From Chiloscyllium plagiosum (Eukaryota): 64,000 nucleotides of DNA. The DNA lies in assembly GCF_004010195.1 (NCBI RefSeq), contig NC_057719.1:69898719-69962718 (forward strand). Direction: 5' to 3'. How positions within the stretch are numbered: position 1 is the stretch's first letter; every line of letters begins with the position of its first letter. The translations under genes and the position numbers were made by a program. The notes below the pieces were generated by a model. The model did not search any database, was not told where the DNA came from, and was given only the letters and a program-made list of their open reading frames with translations. This document shows positions 50,732 through 62,268 of this stretch, one piece after another.

Positions 50732-51200
50732 ACCCTTTAAAGAAACAAAATCAGAAATTGCTGAAAAAAGCACAACAAGTCTAGCAGCATGTGTGGAGTA
50801 AAAGCAAAGGTCATGTTTTGGGTCCAGTGACCTTCTTCAGAATTGTTCTGCTTTCTCTCCACACATGCTGACAGACCTGTTGATTTTTTTTCCAGCAATT
50901 TCTGTTTTTGGTTCTTTAAAGGGATTTTAACGATAACATTTCATAAATTCAAAAAAAAATCCCAAAGCGATCTTTTAAAGAGTTAAAAAAACTGGTAGTT
51001 GCTGCAAATCAGAAACAAGAACAAAAACTGCCGAGGTCTGGCAGCATGTGTGGGGAGAAAGCAGAACAATTCTGAAGAAGGTCACTGGACCCAAAACATG
51101 AACTCTGCTTTTATTCCACACACATGCTGCCAGACCTATGCAGTTTTTATTGTTGTTTCTGATTTCCAGCAACTGCAGTTTTAAAACCCCTTTAAAGATC
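50732..51200. repeat. Two adjacent fold-back PLE family C elements in inverted orientation
   Basis: Each unit is self-complementary, and the central ~85 bp of 50785-50870 is the reverse complement of 51041-51130. Confidence 0.8.
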
Positions 51201-51773
51201 TCCTTGAGAAAATTTATTTTGATTTTATCAAATGTTATCTTCAAAGTCCCTCTCAGGACGAGGGAAGGAAATATATATGATAAATTATTGTTTCTTATTT
51301 TGTGTATGTTATGTAGGAAAAGACATAACTAATTTAATCACGCAACTTGAATTAAATTGGCAACAAACTAAATTACTGATTTTTTAATTGTTTCACACTT
51401 CATTATTCACATTCAACATTGCCTGTACACCTCTACTGCAAAATACTGCAATTATTTGTGCTAACATTGCATGGCAAAATATGCACACTCCAACTGCAAA
51501 AAAAACCAATCTAAATCTCTGGATTGTAATTCTTTATGGCTCAGAACTTCTAAATTATGCTGAGAATAATTAACTTAAAACAAAGACAGAATCAGGTCAG
51601 CTAAAGCCATCTTTTTTTTGTTTAAATTGAAGAGTTAGAAAATGTCTTCATAAGTAAAATAGTTGAACACATATTTATTAAGCATGAAGTTCTTAACATT
51701 TGAAAAATACTACTGAAAGTTCTTTTTCCTCCCATGATTGACTGCACTTAACTAAACTGCAGCTTAATATTCT

Positions 51774-52934
51774 ATGTGTTCTCAGGATTGGAGGGATACT
51801 GACAAGGCTGCATTTATTCCTCAGCTCGAACTATCTTTTAGTGGTGATGGGTCTTCTTAAACCTCTGAGAACTGTGATGATGATGCTTCCATAATAGCGA
51901 GTTCCAGGCATTTAAAATTCAAATTATACTTTAAATAATGAACAGTAATATTGTGCATAATGATATATTGTCTTTAACTTGCATATCATGTTTAGCTTTT
52001 CATTTCTTTGATAATTTGTGCAGAAAGGTGAAAAATACAAAATTGTCTCCAATTATTCGTTACAAAGTATAGAAGCATTATACTGAAATACAAAAGAAAT
52101 TTATAACAAAAATCTAACTTTATTCACTGTAAAGTACTACATATTCCACAACGATGGTCTCTATTATGCATAAAAACCAGTAGAACAACAGCGGAGCACT
52201 CAAAATCAGTTTAGGATATTAGTCGTACAAACCAAGTTACATGAAACTGAATAAAGCAAACAATGCTGGAAATAGACAACAGGTCAGGCAGCATCTGTGG
52301 CCTTTCAAGTACTGCTTCTGATGAAAAATCACAGGCCTGAGATATGAACTCTGTTATTCTCTCAACAGATGCTGCCTGATCTGCTGAGTATTTCTGGCAC
52401 TTTTTTCTGTTCAGGATTCCAATATCTGCAGTAGTTTATTTTTCAAATACAAGAAATGGACTTGATTACCTAAGACATTTTAACTGGTGTCTGTGTCAGG
52501 AACATGTTCTGTGAAGAGCATTCACTGCTGTAGTTCATTATAATTTCTTTTTATTCATTCATTTTGTGGATGTGAGCGTCGCTGGCTGGCCAGCATTTAT
52601 TGCCCATCCCTAGTTACCTTGAGAAGGTGGTGGTGCGCTGCCTTCTTGCTTACTTTAACAGCCCCCTTCTTGTCCTATCCCAGCAAGCAACATGCTGGAC
52701 AAGAACTGAAATGTTGTTGGAACAATATAATTTCCAAATTTCACACATCCCTCATTTGAACATATGGTGCTGTTCCTTCATCATCACTCAGACAAAAACC
52801 TGGAAATGTCTATATAGCATACTCTGGAAACATCATTATCACAGTTTTGAGCAGTTTAAGAAGAAGACCCATCACCAAAAAGAAAAGTAAATAAATGCAG
52901 CCTTGTCAGTATCCCTCCAATCCTGAGAACACAT
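51774..52934. repeat. Perfect 45-bp inverted repeat (plus 17-bp inner pair), ~1.07 kb apart
   Basis: 51774-51818 vs 52890-52934 match 45/45; 51842-51858 vs 52861-52877 match 17/17. Confidence 0.92.
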
Positions 52935-54317
52935 TAAAATAATGCTTTCGGAAAAGTAGTTCATGGTTAATAAACAATGATAGCAACATTGAAATAATTT
53001 AATGTTTATATCTTTGTTTCAGTTGAGTTTTGAATCATTACTTTAGATAATTACACTAAATCTACACAAGATAATTTTCTTTATGGTTTTGGCAGGAGAA
53101 AATAAATAGTAAATTAACATTGACAGTACTTGCAGATTCACCGACATTAAGAATTTCTGTCCCAAACACCTCTAGCATTACTCCAAGATACCAAAAAAAG
53201 GTACTTTATCAACACATTTAAAGTTTGTTCTTCTTAATAAATGTCACTTTATAATAGAAAAAAAAATCTTGATTTCATCAATTTATCTATTGCCTGTAAT
53301 TGAAACTACCATGTTTTTGCTTTTTTAAGCGTTGATATTATCATTAGTGTTACTGGTGCATTTTCCATTTTGAAGCTGTATATTGTATTTTAAATGCTAA
53401 CGATTATAACTAAATTGGGAATCTGTGAAAGGCTAGTTGGGATAAAATTCCAAATACTAAAATTAAGAAAACAATTCAAGTTATTCCTCCATTGCTTTCT
53501 TGGTCTATATGTCCTTCCATGAACCTCTCTGCAATCACCACCACCAGTTATCTGATGTGAGTAAACCTAACTCGGTCTAACAGAGACCATAGTCCAGATG
53601 TTTTAATTTCCGAAACTATAAACTTATTTTAAATAGGTTCAAATACACAATATTGAAGCATTGCATTTCCACATGGCATTCCAACCAGCATCCTATTGAG
53701 AAAAGGCAACTGAGGGAGTCATTATCTTAACTGTGACATAAAATTTATAACTCTTCTACTTCTGAACTTTCTTGATGAGAATAAATACATTATGAGTTAT
53801 CTGATCACTTCAATATGTTCCATTAGGTCTATAAAGTACAGTTAGTACAAATGATAATATTCAGCTATGGACTGTATGGATCAGATTGATTTCTGACAAG
53901 TTCATAGGCCACCGATTAGGCTAGATTGTGCAGAAGAAACAAATGAAGCATTTGTTGTCTATACTGATAATCTTCACCATGAATCAATCAGTCTGATCCA
54001 AATCTCCAACATGTTACCCATATTATTTTGTATTACTCTTCTTCAAACAATTAACTTCAACAATTGGTTATGAGAATTAAATTCACACTTCAAGCACCCT
54101 CTGTGCAAAGGTTTTTAAAGAAGTAATCTCCCCTTTAGTTCTTCAATTAATTTAAATTTGTTTCCACACTTTGGGAAAAGGACATGATCTTAAAGTATTT
54201 AGTTTATAAATTTAATAATCTTGAAGACTTTTTAAACCACCCCATGACATTTCAGCTCCAGCGAAAAGAGAAACATCCTCTCCAGTGTCTCCCTATGGCT
54301 GGTAACATCTGATGAAT

Positions 54318-54540
54318 GCTGAAAATGTGTTGCTGGAAAAGCGCAGCAGGTCAGGCAGCATCCAGGGAACAGGAGAATCGACGTTTCGGGCATTAGCCCT
54401 TCTTCAGCCTTCCTGAAGAAGGGCTTATGCCCGAAACGTCGATTCTCCTGTTCCCTGGATGCTGCCTGACCTGCTGCGCTTTTTCAGCAACACATTTTCA
54501 GCTCTGATCTCCAGCATCTGCAGACCTCACTTTCTCCTCA
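54318..54540. mobile_element. Fold-back PLE mini-insertion with intact HHR cores on both strands, 14-bp TSD
   Basis: Arms 54318-54407 and 54413-54502. Plus core CTGAAGA-A-GGGC-TTAT-GCCC-GAAA-CGTC (54413-54440); minus core with a TAAT loop (54380-54407). Direct repeat aacatctgatgaat at 54304-54317 and 54541-54554. Confidence 0.92.
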
Positions 54541-57500
54541 AACATCTGATGAATCTATTACATATTTTCTTTCATTTCCAAAACTATAAAGAATACTCCA
54601 ATTGTGGCCCAATTCCAATCTAGTACTAGCTGAACATTACTTTCCTGCTTTAGTATTGTTTGTTTCTAGATAGAAAAGTGTGGCTTCAGTTTGCTTATTT
54701 TGTTGTCTTATCTCCTAGGGATATTGCTTCATTCTCCATCTACACACTAAGGCTGTCTGCTCTCTACTCCATTTAAAAGCTTCCCATTTAAAGCATGTCT
54801 TCTTTTGACTATTTTTATTTCCAAATCATATTTTCCTTATGAAATTGCATCCTTCACATATTTGATTCACAATACTATTGTCTATCTACACCCTTTGAGT
54901 TATTTACAATCTGCTTTGCCTCCGACACTCTCACTAATTTAGTGCAATAAAGAGGTGCTCCTTTTATGATTTTATCTACATCATTCATGTTTACGTGAGA
55001 CTAGCTCTAAAGGGGAATTCTTTGAAAAACTACCTTCTAGTTGACAAAATTTCTGGTCACCCCTAAATGTCCTTTCTGCTCTCAACTATTTCTTGATTCT
55101 CCTTAATTCCACGAGCAATTATCTTTTCTCTACATTTCATGTGATTTTTCACCAGAATGCTTTCTATTTTAAAAAACCACGTCCACCACTTTCTTTTCTC
55201 CAAATTTTGTCATTTGTTCAAAGAATTATATAAAATGGTGCTAAGTATGTCCTCCCTTTTTGAAATTTGTTTTGGCACTTTAATTCTAGCATATTGCAGT
55301 AGATTACCATCAACAGACTTTGAACAGACTGGCCCAAGTATTTTTTGTATACTTTTGCTTGTGGGTCCATTTTATATCCTTTATCTCAGTTTCCTTTCAA
55401 CATGCAAAAGTTATGATTGAAATCTCTATTTATTTTAACCATCTCTTCTCAGGATCCACATTTTTATTACCATTGCTCGATTGGTTTTGCTTGTACTTCA
55501 CTGGATATATACCACTTTGGGATGTCTGATGATCAATGAAAGGTGCTACAAAATACAATTTTTTTCTTGTTCATTTCTCTTTGTGTATTTATCGATACTT
55601 ACGGGTTCAGGCTGAAATTTAAATTAGTTTTATGTACTTAACTCCAGCTACAGTCAATCCTGAAGGTCCAACATAACCAGTCTGAAGATGAGTGGTAAAT
55701 CAGTCAGGGAGATGCACAGGTATAAGTCAGGAGCCCAGTTACTCATCAGTTGGGATTGTAATTTCAAGTTGGTTGGGAGATTTTTTTTTGGGGGGTGACT
55801 ATGTTCAGCCTTGGAGTTCTGTTACTGAAGGTGATGTTGGCTTTTTAGGAACCTCTGTGGGAATCCATTTTGGGAATGGAGGCAGTTTGCTGGGATACCG
55901 AGTGGCTAATAATTGTGAAGGGTCATAATTCAACATGTGTGATGGCTGATGATAGAATATTGGAAGGCATTGTTTACTGCTGGAGAGGAGACTTATTGAA
56001 AGTCACTACCAGCCTAGCTTCAATGGAAGGTCAGTTCATCATGATGGTTAGAATATTAAGCTGTGTGTCTGGGGCACAAGTGATAAAATGCTTTAAATGA
56101 AAACTTAAATAGAAGAGATAGGTGGGATTGTGTGAAAACTCAAATCTATGACTTACTCTGTGAAGAGTTATTTGAAATGAAAAATGGCTGCCAGTATACC
56201 AGACTGGGTGGAATAATAGGATTTTTCTGTCTGAGGGAGTCAGTTCCAATTGTGAGTAATATGAGGCCTTTCAAACAGCAAATAAATTACTTTGGTACTT
56301 TCAAAGTACATGTTAAGGTTATCTCTAATAATAGAATTCTACATGCAAACCACATGCAGTGATGCAACTATGTTGAATGCAAATGCTGGTCTTAAGCAAT
56401 CCTGAGCATATCATTGGACATAGTCATTTCTGTGATGCAGAAATAGTCAATGGAGACCTTTAAAGTGGTAAAACACAATCCATTGTCTCACAGGCTGTTC
56501 AATGGGATGGTACCCCTTTCTTCTCCCATTGAATTGCATCTCATATTCCTCCTGGTTGGAGTACCACACATTTCATTGTGTTGTGGGTGATGCTAAATTA
56601 TCACTTATGTGTGAGACATGACTGCTGACTGTTCACATTAGAAAGAACTGGTTTTGTTTCTCATATTTGTTTCTCATATGGCTCACTAATTCCCTTTAGG
56701 GAAGGTAACTTCTGTTCTTACCTGGTCTGGCCATACCAAATGCAATGTGGCTGACTCTTAACTGCCCTTGGGCAATTAGCAATGGCCAATAATTTCTGGC
56801 CTAGCCAGCGAATGAAAGACTATGTTTTAACAATTTACTGGTTCATTGGAGTTGTAACCAGGTATTATCATTGATGTGGCTGCTGTGCAAAGAAGGCACA
56901 GAAAAACTGAGGAGCAGCAAATGCATCAGAAAGCCTAGTAACCACTGTCTGCTGCTAAATAGCCTCCTAATGAAACTGTCACACTAGAAGGTCCCCTCAG
57001 GATGTGGAGGAGGTATAGGAGGTCCAGAGTTTATTACCCTGAAGGTGACTTCCTCCAAATAAGTAAGGTGCATTGCAGCAACAAATGAAGGTTGCCCTTG
57101 GTCACTATTACAGAACTGTGTCATTTGCTGGACTGGGACTGGGGCCCAAAGGGATGACTGCCATCCTATCCCAATGGCTGTCAAGGTAACAGCAAATTGT
57201 AGATTTTACCTGTAACTATAATGGCAGTAAATCAGACAAGGTGATATGGTGCCAAATATTTATGATTGTGATACTCTAATCACAATGAAGTGTCACCCAT
57301 ACTTCCCTTGTGGTTTCGAAAGCTTTTCTTTTTTTACTTCCCTCCCACTATATATAATGAAGGGCGATTCCTAGTTTGCAATGATGGACCAGTGCATAGC
57401 TAGACTTTAAACAAGGAGCCAGGAGCCAGAAACCCCAGAAAGTAACCCAGTAGGTCTGTGTGAGCACTCCCACCTTTGCAAGATAGCAGGGTTGCAGAAG

Positions 57501-58384
57501 CATAATTAATGAGGTGAGTAGTAAAGAATTGTATGCAATGATTCTCCTGAAATCACAGACAGAACCCCACCATAAAACCCCTGAAATTGATACTAAAGCT
57601 GATTTTTGAGAAAAAAGCTTAATATTCAAAACAATACTTCTGTTTTGAAAGAAACAACAGTTTTGTGTTCTGAGTCTAACATTGGTGTTGCTAATAAAGA
57701 TTGATCAACGTAATTATTAAGATTAAGAGAAATAGGTCAAGGATATTAATTGTCTTTGTGTACATGCAAATACTGACTGACTATAACATTGGAATGCAGG
57801 ATTGAGCTTTGAGACAGGCAAAGTCAATTAACTTTCCATGAAGAAAAGCTGGGATGAGAATTTCCATTTTGTAGTCTAATTTTGAGGACTTACATGTTCC
57901 TTGGTGACTGTCACTTTAGCCCGACCAATGAGATACCTTATGAGATTAAGCTACAGTCAACTTCTTTGTAGCTGATTGGTGAGCTTCTTGCCAAATCAGA
58001 AACCTTGATGTTACAATCCTGCTTCGCTCAAAGCTGTGAGGTAATTAGCGTCTCACAGCTTCTAGCTCTTACAGATAATCTTCAGGGGATCCATGAGCGA
58101 GAAACAAACTCTTTTCCTTTTGGTTCTCAAGGGTTGGGTTATCTAGTGCCTTGTCCTTCCATCCCGGCCCCCAATTAGTCTCTGACTGGGAAAACCAATG
58201 AACCTGCTTCCCCCCTGCTCCCTCCACCTTCCCCCAACCTCCCCCCACAAACTGACACGCAACTTACCCAGGTTTTGCAGTTGGGAAATCAGCAACTTTT
58301 CTCACCTGCCAGGAAGGAAAATCAATCTCTCTGTGTCAATTTGGAGAACACTCCAATTATGGGCCTTAATTGTCCCCCCAAATC

Positions 58385-58554
58385 AGGTCAGGTGAATTGG
58401 CTATGCTAAATTGCCCATATTGCTCGGTGTGTTAGTCAGGGGTAAATATAGGGTTGGGGAACGGGTCTGGATGGGTTACTCTTCAGAGAGTCGGTGTGGA
58501 CTTGTTGAGTCGAAGGGCCTGTTCCCATACTGTAGGGAATCTAATCTAATCTAA
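58385..58554 (+). mobile_element. tRNA-derived SINE, 3' half
   Basis: ggtgaattggctatgctaaattgcccata...gaagggcctgttcccatactgtagggaatctaatctaatctaa has the same tail as the SINE at 2900-3183. Confidence 0.85.
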
Positions 58555-58908
58555 ATGGACCATCTCACCCCGTATTTAAGTACAGATAAAAAGGCAGTAT
58601 CTCCAAAGGATCAATTTGCCCAATTACGTGCTCTTTTTGCCCCTTTCTTCCAGGAAAGGGAATATTGTGCCCTACATCTTTTGATTTTTAGAGCAGACAG
58701 CTTGGAGTCCATTAACAAATGTTATCATGCAATTCTCACACTCTGAAGTAATTCTTCAACACCTAGGCTGTCATTCTTAGACTGATAAGAAAATCTGTCA
58801 CTTTATCAAAGGCCTGATTTAGATAAACAATTTTTTAGATGTGTAAAATAGGTAGAAAAGGAAAGCCGTAATTAACATGCGTTGTTAAGACTGATAGACG
58901 CATGGATA

Positions 58909-59064
58909 ATAATCAAAATCTATATCAAGCAGTGTTACTTTACTATTAATGAGATCATGCTACTTTTATGGCTACTGCACTAAATTGATAATCAAAATCT
59001 ATTTCAAGTAGTGCTGCATTGTCATTAATGAGATCATGCTACTTAAATGGCAACTGCACTAAAT
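58909..59064. repeat. Diverged two-copy tandem duplication, period 79 bp
   Basis: ataatcaaaatcta...attaatgagatcatgctactt...ctgcactaaat starts at 58909 and again at 58988. Confidence 0.9.
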
Positions 59065-61289
59065 CCATTTAATTATTTCAGTGGTATGCCCTGCAACATA
59101 AGTATTCTTAATGCAGAAACTGAATTATTTAACTAAGATAATTTTCACATTAGTTTTAGTTTAGTGTATAGAATTATCAGTGGTGATGCTTTGCAATAAC
59201 TTTCTGTTCAGAGTAGGGAAGGAAATTAATAGAAAATGACAATAATAAGAAACAATTACAGCAGGCGTTCATCACAACCACATTCTCATTCATGTATGAC
59301 AAACTTTGTCAAAGACTTGTCAAATCTTTCTCAGTGAAGAAACATCAGTAAGTTAGTGATCAAAAAGAATTAATCTTTTGAAATTAATTTTTAATCAGGT
59401 GAAAGACATCAGAATAATAGATAAAATCTCTCACACAATGTAATCATTTTTGTTTGTTTTCAATGTAGTGATTTCTGAGTGATATTTTCAAATAATATAC
59501 TCAGTGATTCTTAATACTATGGCACACTAGTGAAGACTGAGTAGTTACTTTAACATTGGTAATATTGAAGATAAAATTAATCTGATTGATTACAAATTTC
59601 AGAAAAATACTTTTAAAACACATAAATGCATGGAACTGAGGTCTGCGCGGGAGTGCCTTGTAAGAGCAGTAGAGTTTTATAGACCAAGAACAAATGTCAT
59701 TCTGCATTGAGCTGGCTAGTCTCATTGAGAGCATCAAGAGATCAGGATAAATAAACTATATGTTTGCGTTTCTAACCAGTGACCTTAATAGCATTGTGAG
59801 TGAATGAAAATTATTTGAGGGGAGAGCCAAACACTGCTGGACACCTCTCCTCTGTGATTTGAATAGGCTGCTGATATTCTGTGTTAAGGCTTAAACTTGA
59901 TGACTACTTAGCTGAGACATTTGAAGGTTGACATCTCCTATGGAATCACACAAGAGTCATTGGAAGTTGGAAAATGTGGTAAAAAATAAGACAAGTCCTT
60001 GTCCAACTACTGGATGCTGACATAGGAATCTGAGAACTTGAATTAAGAATAAAAGTGAGCACTGATATTGTGGAGTAGTTAAGGCAGGAATTTCCACCTT
60101 CTGCATATGTGCAGTTAAGGTGGGAATCAAGAGGTTAATCTCTGATTATTTTCCCTGTTCCACCACAAGCTTCACTGTATTGGACTTGAGTGAGAGATGC
60201 TGTCATCGAACACATAAGGACCATGAAGCTACAGTGCCATGCTTTTTTTTAATAAAAAAATTGATCCACAGTATGTTGAACCTTCTTGGCAAGATTAGTA
60301 CCTTATGCCCATTCCTGACTGTATGATTTGCCAGTTAATTTCACCACATACCTACTATGCATTAGTATTAGCCTTCAACATGCAGTCAAAGAAGTTGGGA
60401 TTTCTTAATGACGAGATAAGTCTTAATTATTGAATGACAACCTCTCTAGCACTGTAAGGTTGTGAAGATTTTAATTGTTGTTGGAGATTTCATAAGGTTA
60501 GTTTTAAATTGTTTACTTGTTATATCCACCTCTTACATCTCTCTTTACTTCACCTTCTGTACTTTTTGCACTAAGTTAATTATTCTAACATTCACTTTCT
60601 GATTTAAACTCTTTTCGTCAGTAAAGACTCTTCAATCTAATTAGTTGAAAAGTCATGCTGTTGCTTGTTCCATTCTCTACAGATCCTTTGTAGACAGTGA
60701 CTCACCCTTTGTAAGGCTGCAAGTCAGTTAGAAAAAGATAAATGTCAAAAGGCTGGAAGGAGACCAGGCACTGGAAGAGAGAAAGGTTGTGCAATCACGG
60801 ATAATGAGTGAGTGAAAGTTGAAATGTGGCTGTAAAGTTCATTTTTGTTAAGAAGTAAATTTGAGACGTTTAGTGTAAATATGAAAAGAAAAAAAAACTT
60901 CAGTATGTCATGAATGTAGATTTTTGATTTCATTATAGAATAAAGACAAAGATGATTAAAAGCTGCAAGAAGATCTTTTGCACTTAAAATAAAGCAGTCA
61001 ATAGTATAGCAAATTTGGCCCAAAGAAGGGAGAGATATTAGATACACCAGAATATCAGCTGAATGTCTGAAATTAGTATGGTAAAAGTAAATTTATATTT
61101 TGAAAGAAACACAGGAAGGCGACTCTGAAACAAAATTTTATTAAAAAGGAATTTGGGTGTTGACAATGGAATCAAAACAGGACAGTAGAAAATGGAGGAT
61201 AACTCATTCTGAAGCCAGCTGGTAAAATCGAAAGCCAAATTTCAACTTTTCTTTTTCATATCAGATCTGCTTAGAGGATGTAACATTGC

Positions 61290-61915
61290 ATATGTTACTA
61301 CCACTGCACCACAAGTTCAATTTGACATTTTTTTAAAAAATCAACTTGTTTGGACATTATGACACACCTTTCGAGCAGGTGGGACTTCAAACACCTGGCC
61401 CAAGCTTTTGTTAACAAACATATTTTTATCAATCTGTCCAGTCATGTTGTGACACACGTATGTGGCCACCACATCTGCGGTGGAACTTAATCCAGACACT
61501 ACTACTGTTACGAATGCATTTTCCATGGCCATCAAGTCCTGGAATCAGATTGCAACACTGAGTTCAGAGACAGGTTAGCTTCTCACTGAAAGGACCTACC
61601 AAGTTCTTATTTCTTTCTCAATCAACCTGTTCAGACAGGTCACACATGCCTCTACTGCAGTTGGGATTTGAACCCAGATCTTCTAGCCCAGAGGAAGTGA
61701 CATACCACTGTGGCACAAGACCGCCCAGGTCCTTTTTCATCACCCTGTTCTGAAATGTTTATAGTCGGCATGGACTGGTTGGACCTAAGGATCTGTCACT
61801 GTGCTGCATGACTATGACCCTGTGACCTCTGGAAAAGGTAGAACCTGAACCCAGGTCTGGCTCAGAGAAACGGACATTAACTCTGCACCACAAGAACCCC
61901 TAGGTCCTTCTTTAT
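61290..61915 (-). repeat. Degenerate tandem array of tRNA-like SINE heads
   Basis: About five decayed units. The best reads cttgTGCCACAGTGGtatgtcacttcctctgggctagaagatctgGGTTCAAATCC on the minus strand (B box at 61664-61674). Confidence 0.6.
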
Positions 61916-62160
61916 ATGTTCTCAAGGTACTGAATCACACCATAGCCCTTCTCCTGTTTACTCTTAATCTTGATCATCCAAGTAACACATAGGAGTAATG
62001 GTTGAATGGGCCTGGCAAGGTAGCAAACTGACTGAGAAAGATAGAAAAAAAATTTAGAACTGTTCCAGAATTTTCAAAATAATTGTAAAGGAATGAAAAG
62101 AAAAACACAGGCATTGAGATAAGGCAATATGGAACAGAATGAAACTGGTGAAATGAACAG

Positions 62161-62268
62161 GGAGAAAGTAAGGACTGCCGATCCTGATGAAGGACTTATG
62201 TCCATAAGGTCGATTCTCCTGCTCCTTGGATGCTGCCTGACCTGCTGTGCTTTTCCATCACCACACTG
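62161..62268 (+). mobile_element. PLE family A terminal repeat fragment, HHR core broken
   Basis: CTGATGA(62184-62190)-A-GGAC-TTAT-GTCC-ataa-GGTC followed by gattctcctgctccttggatgctgcctgacc. Confidence 0.75.

Noticed and set aside
54304..54317. TSD contains CTGATGA, suggesting targeting to hammerhead-like sequence
   Set aside because: The other four TSDs share no such motif, so a single 7-mer is compatible with chance.
61290..61915. CRISPR-like repeat-spacer array
   Set aside because: Eukaryotic context; the units are irregular, diverged SINE heads and there are no cas genes.
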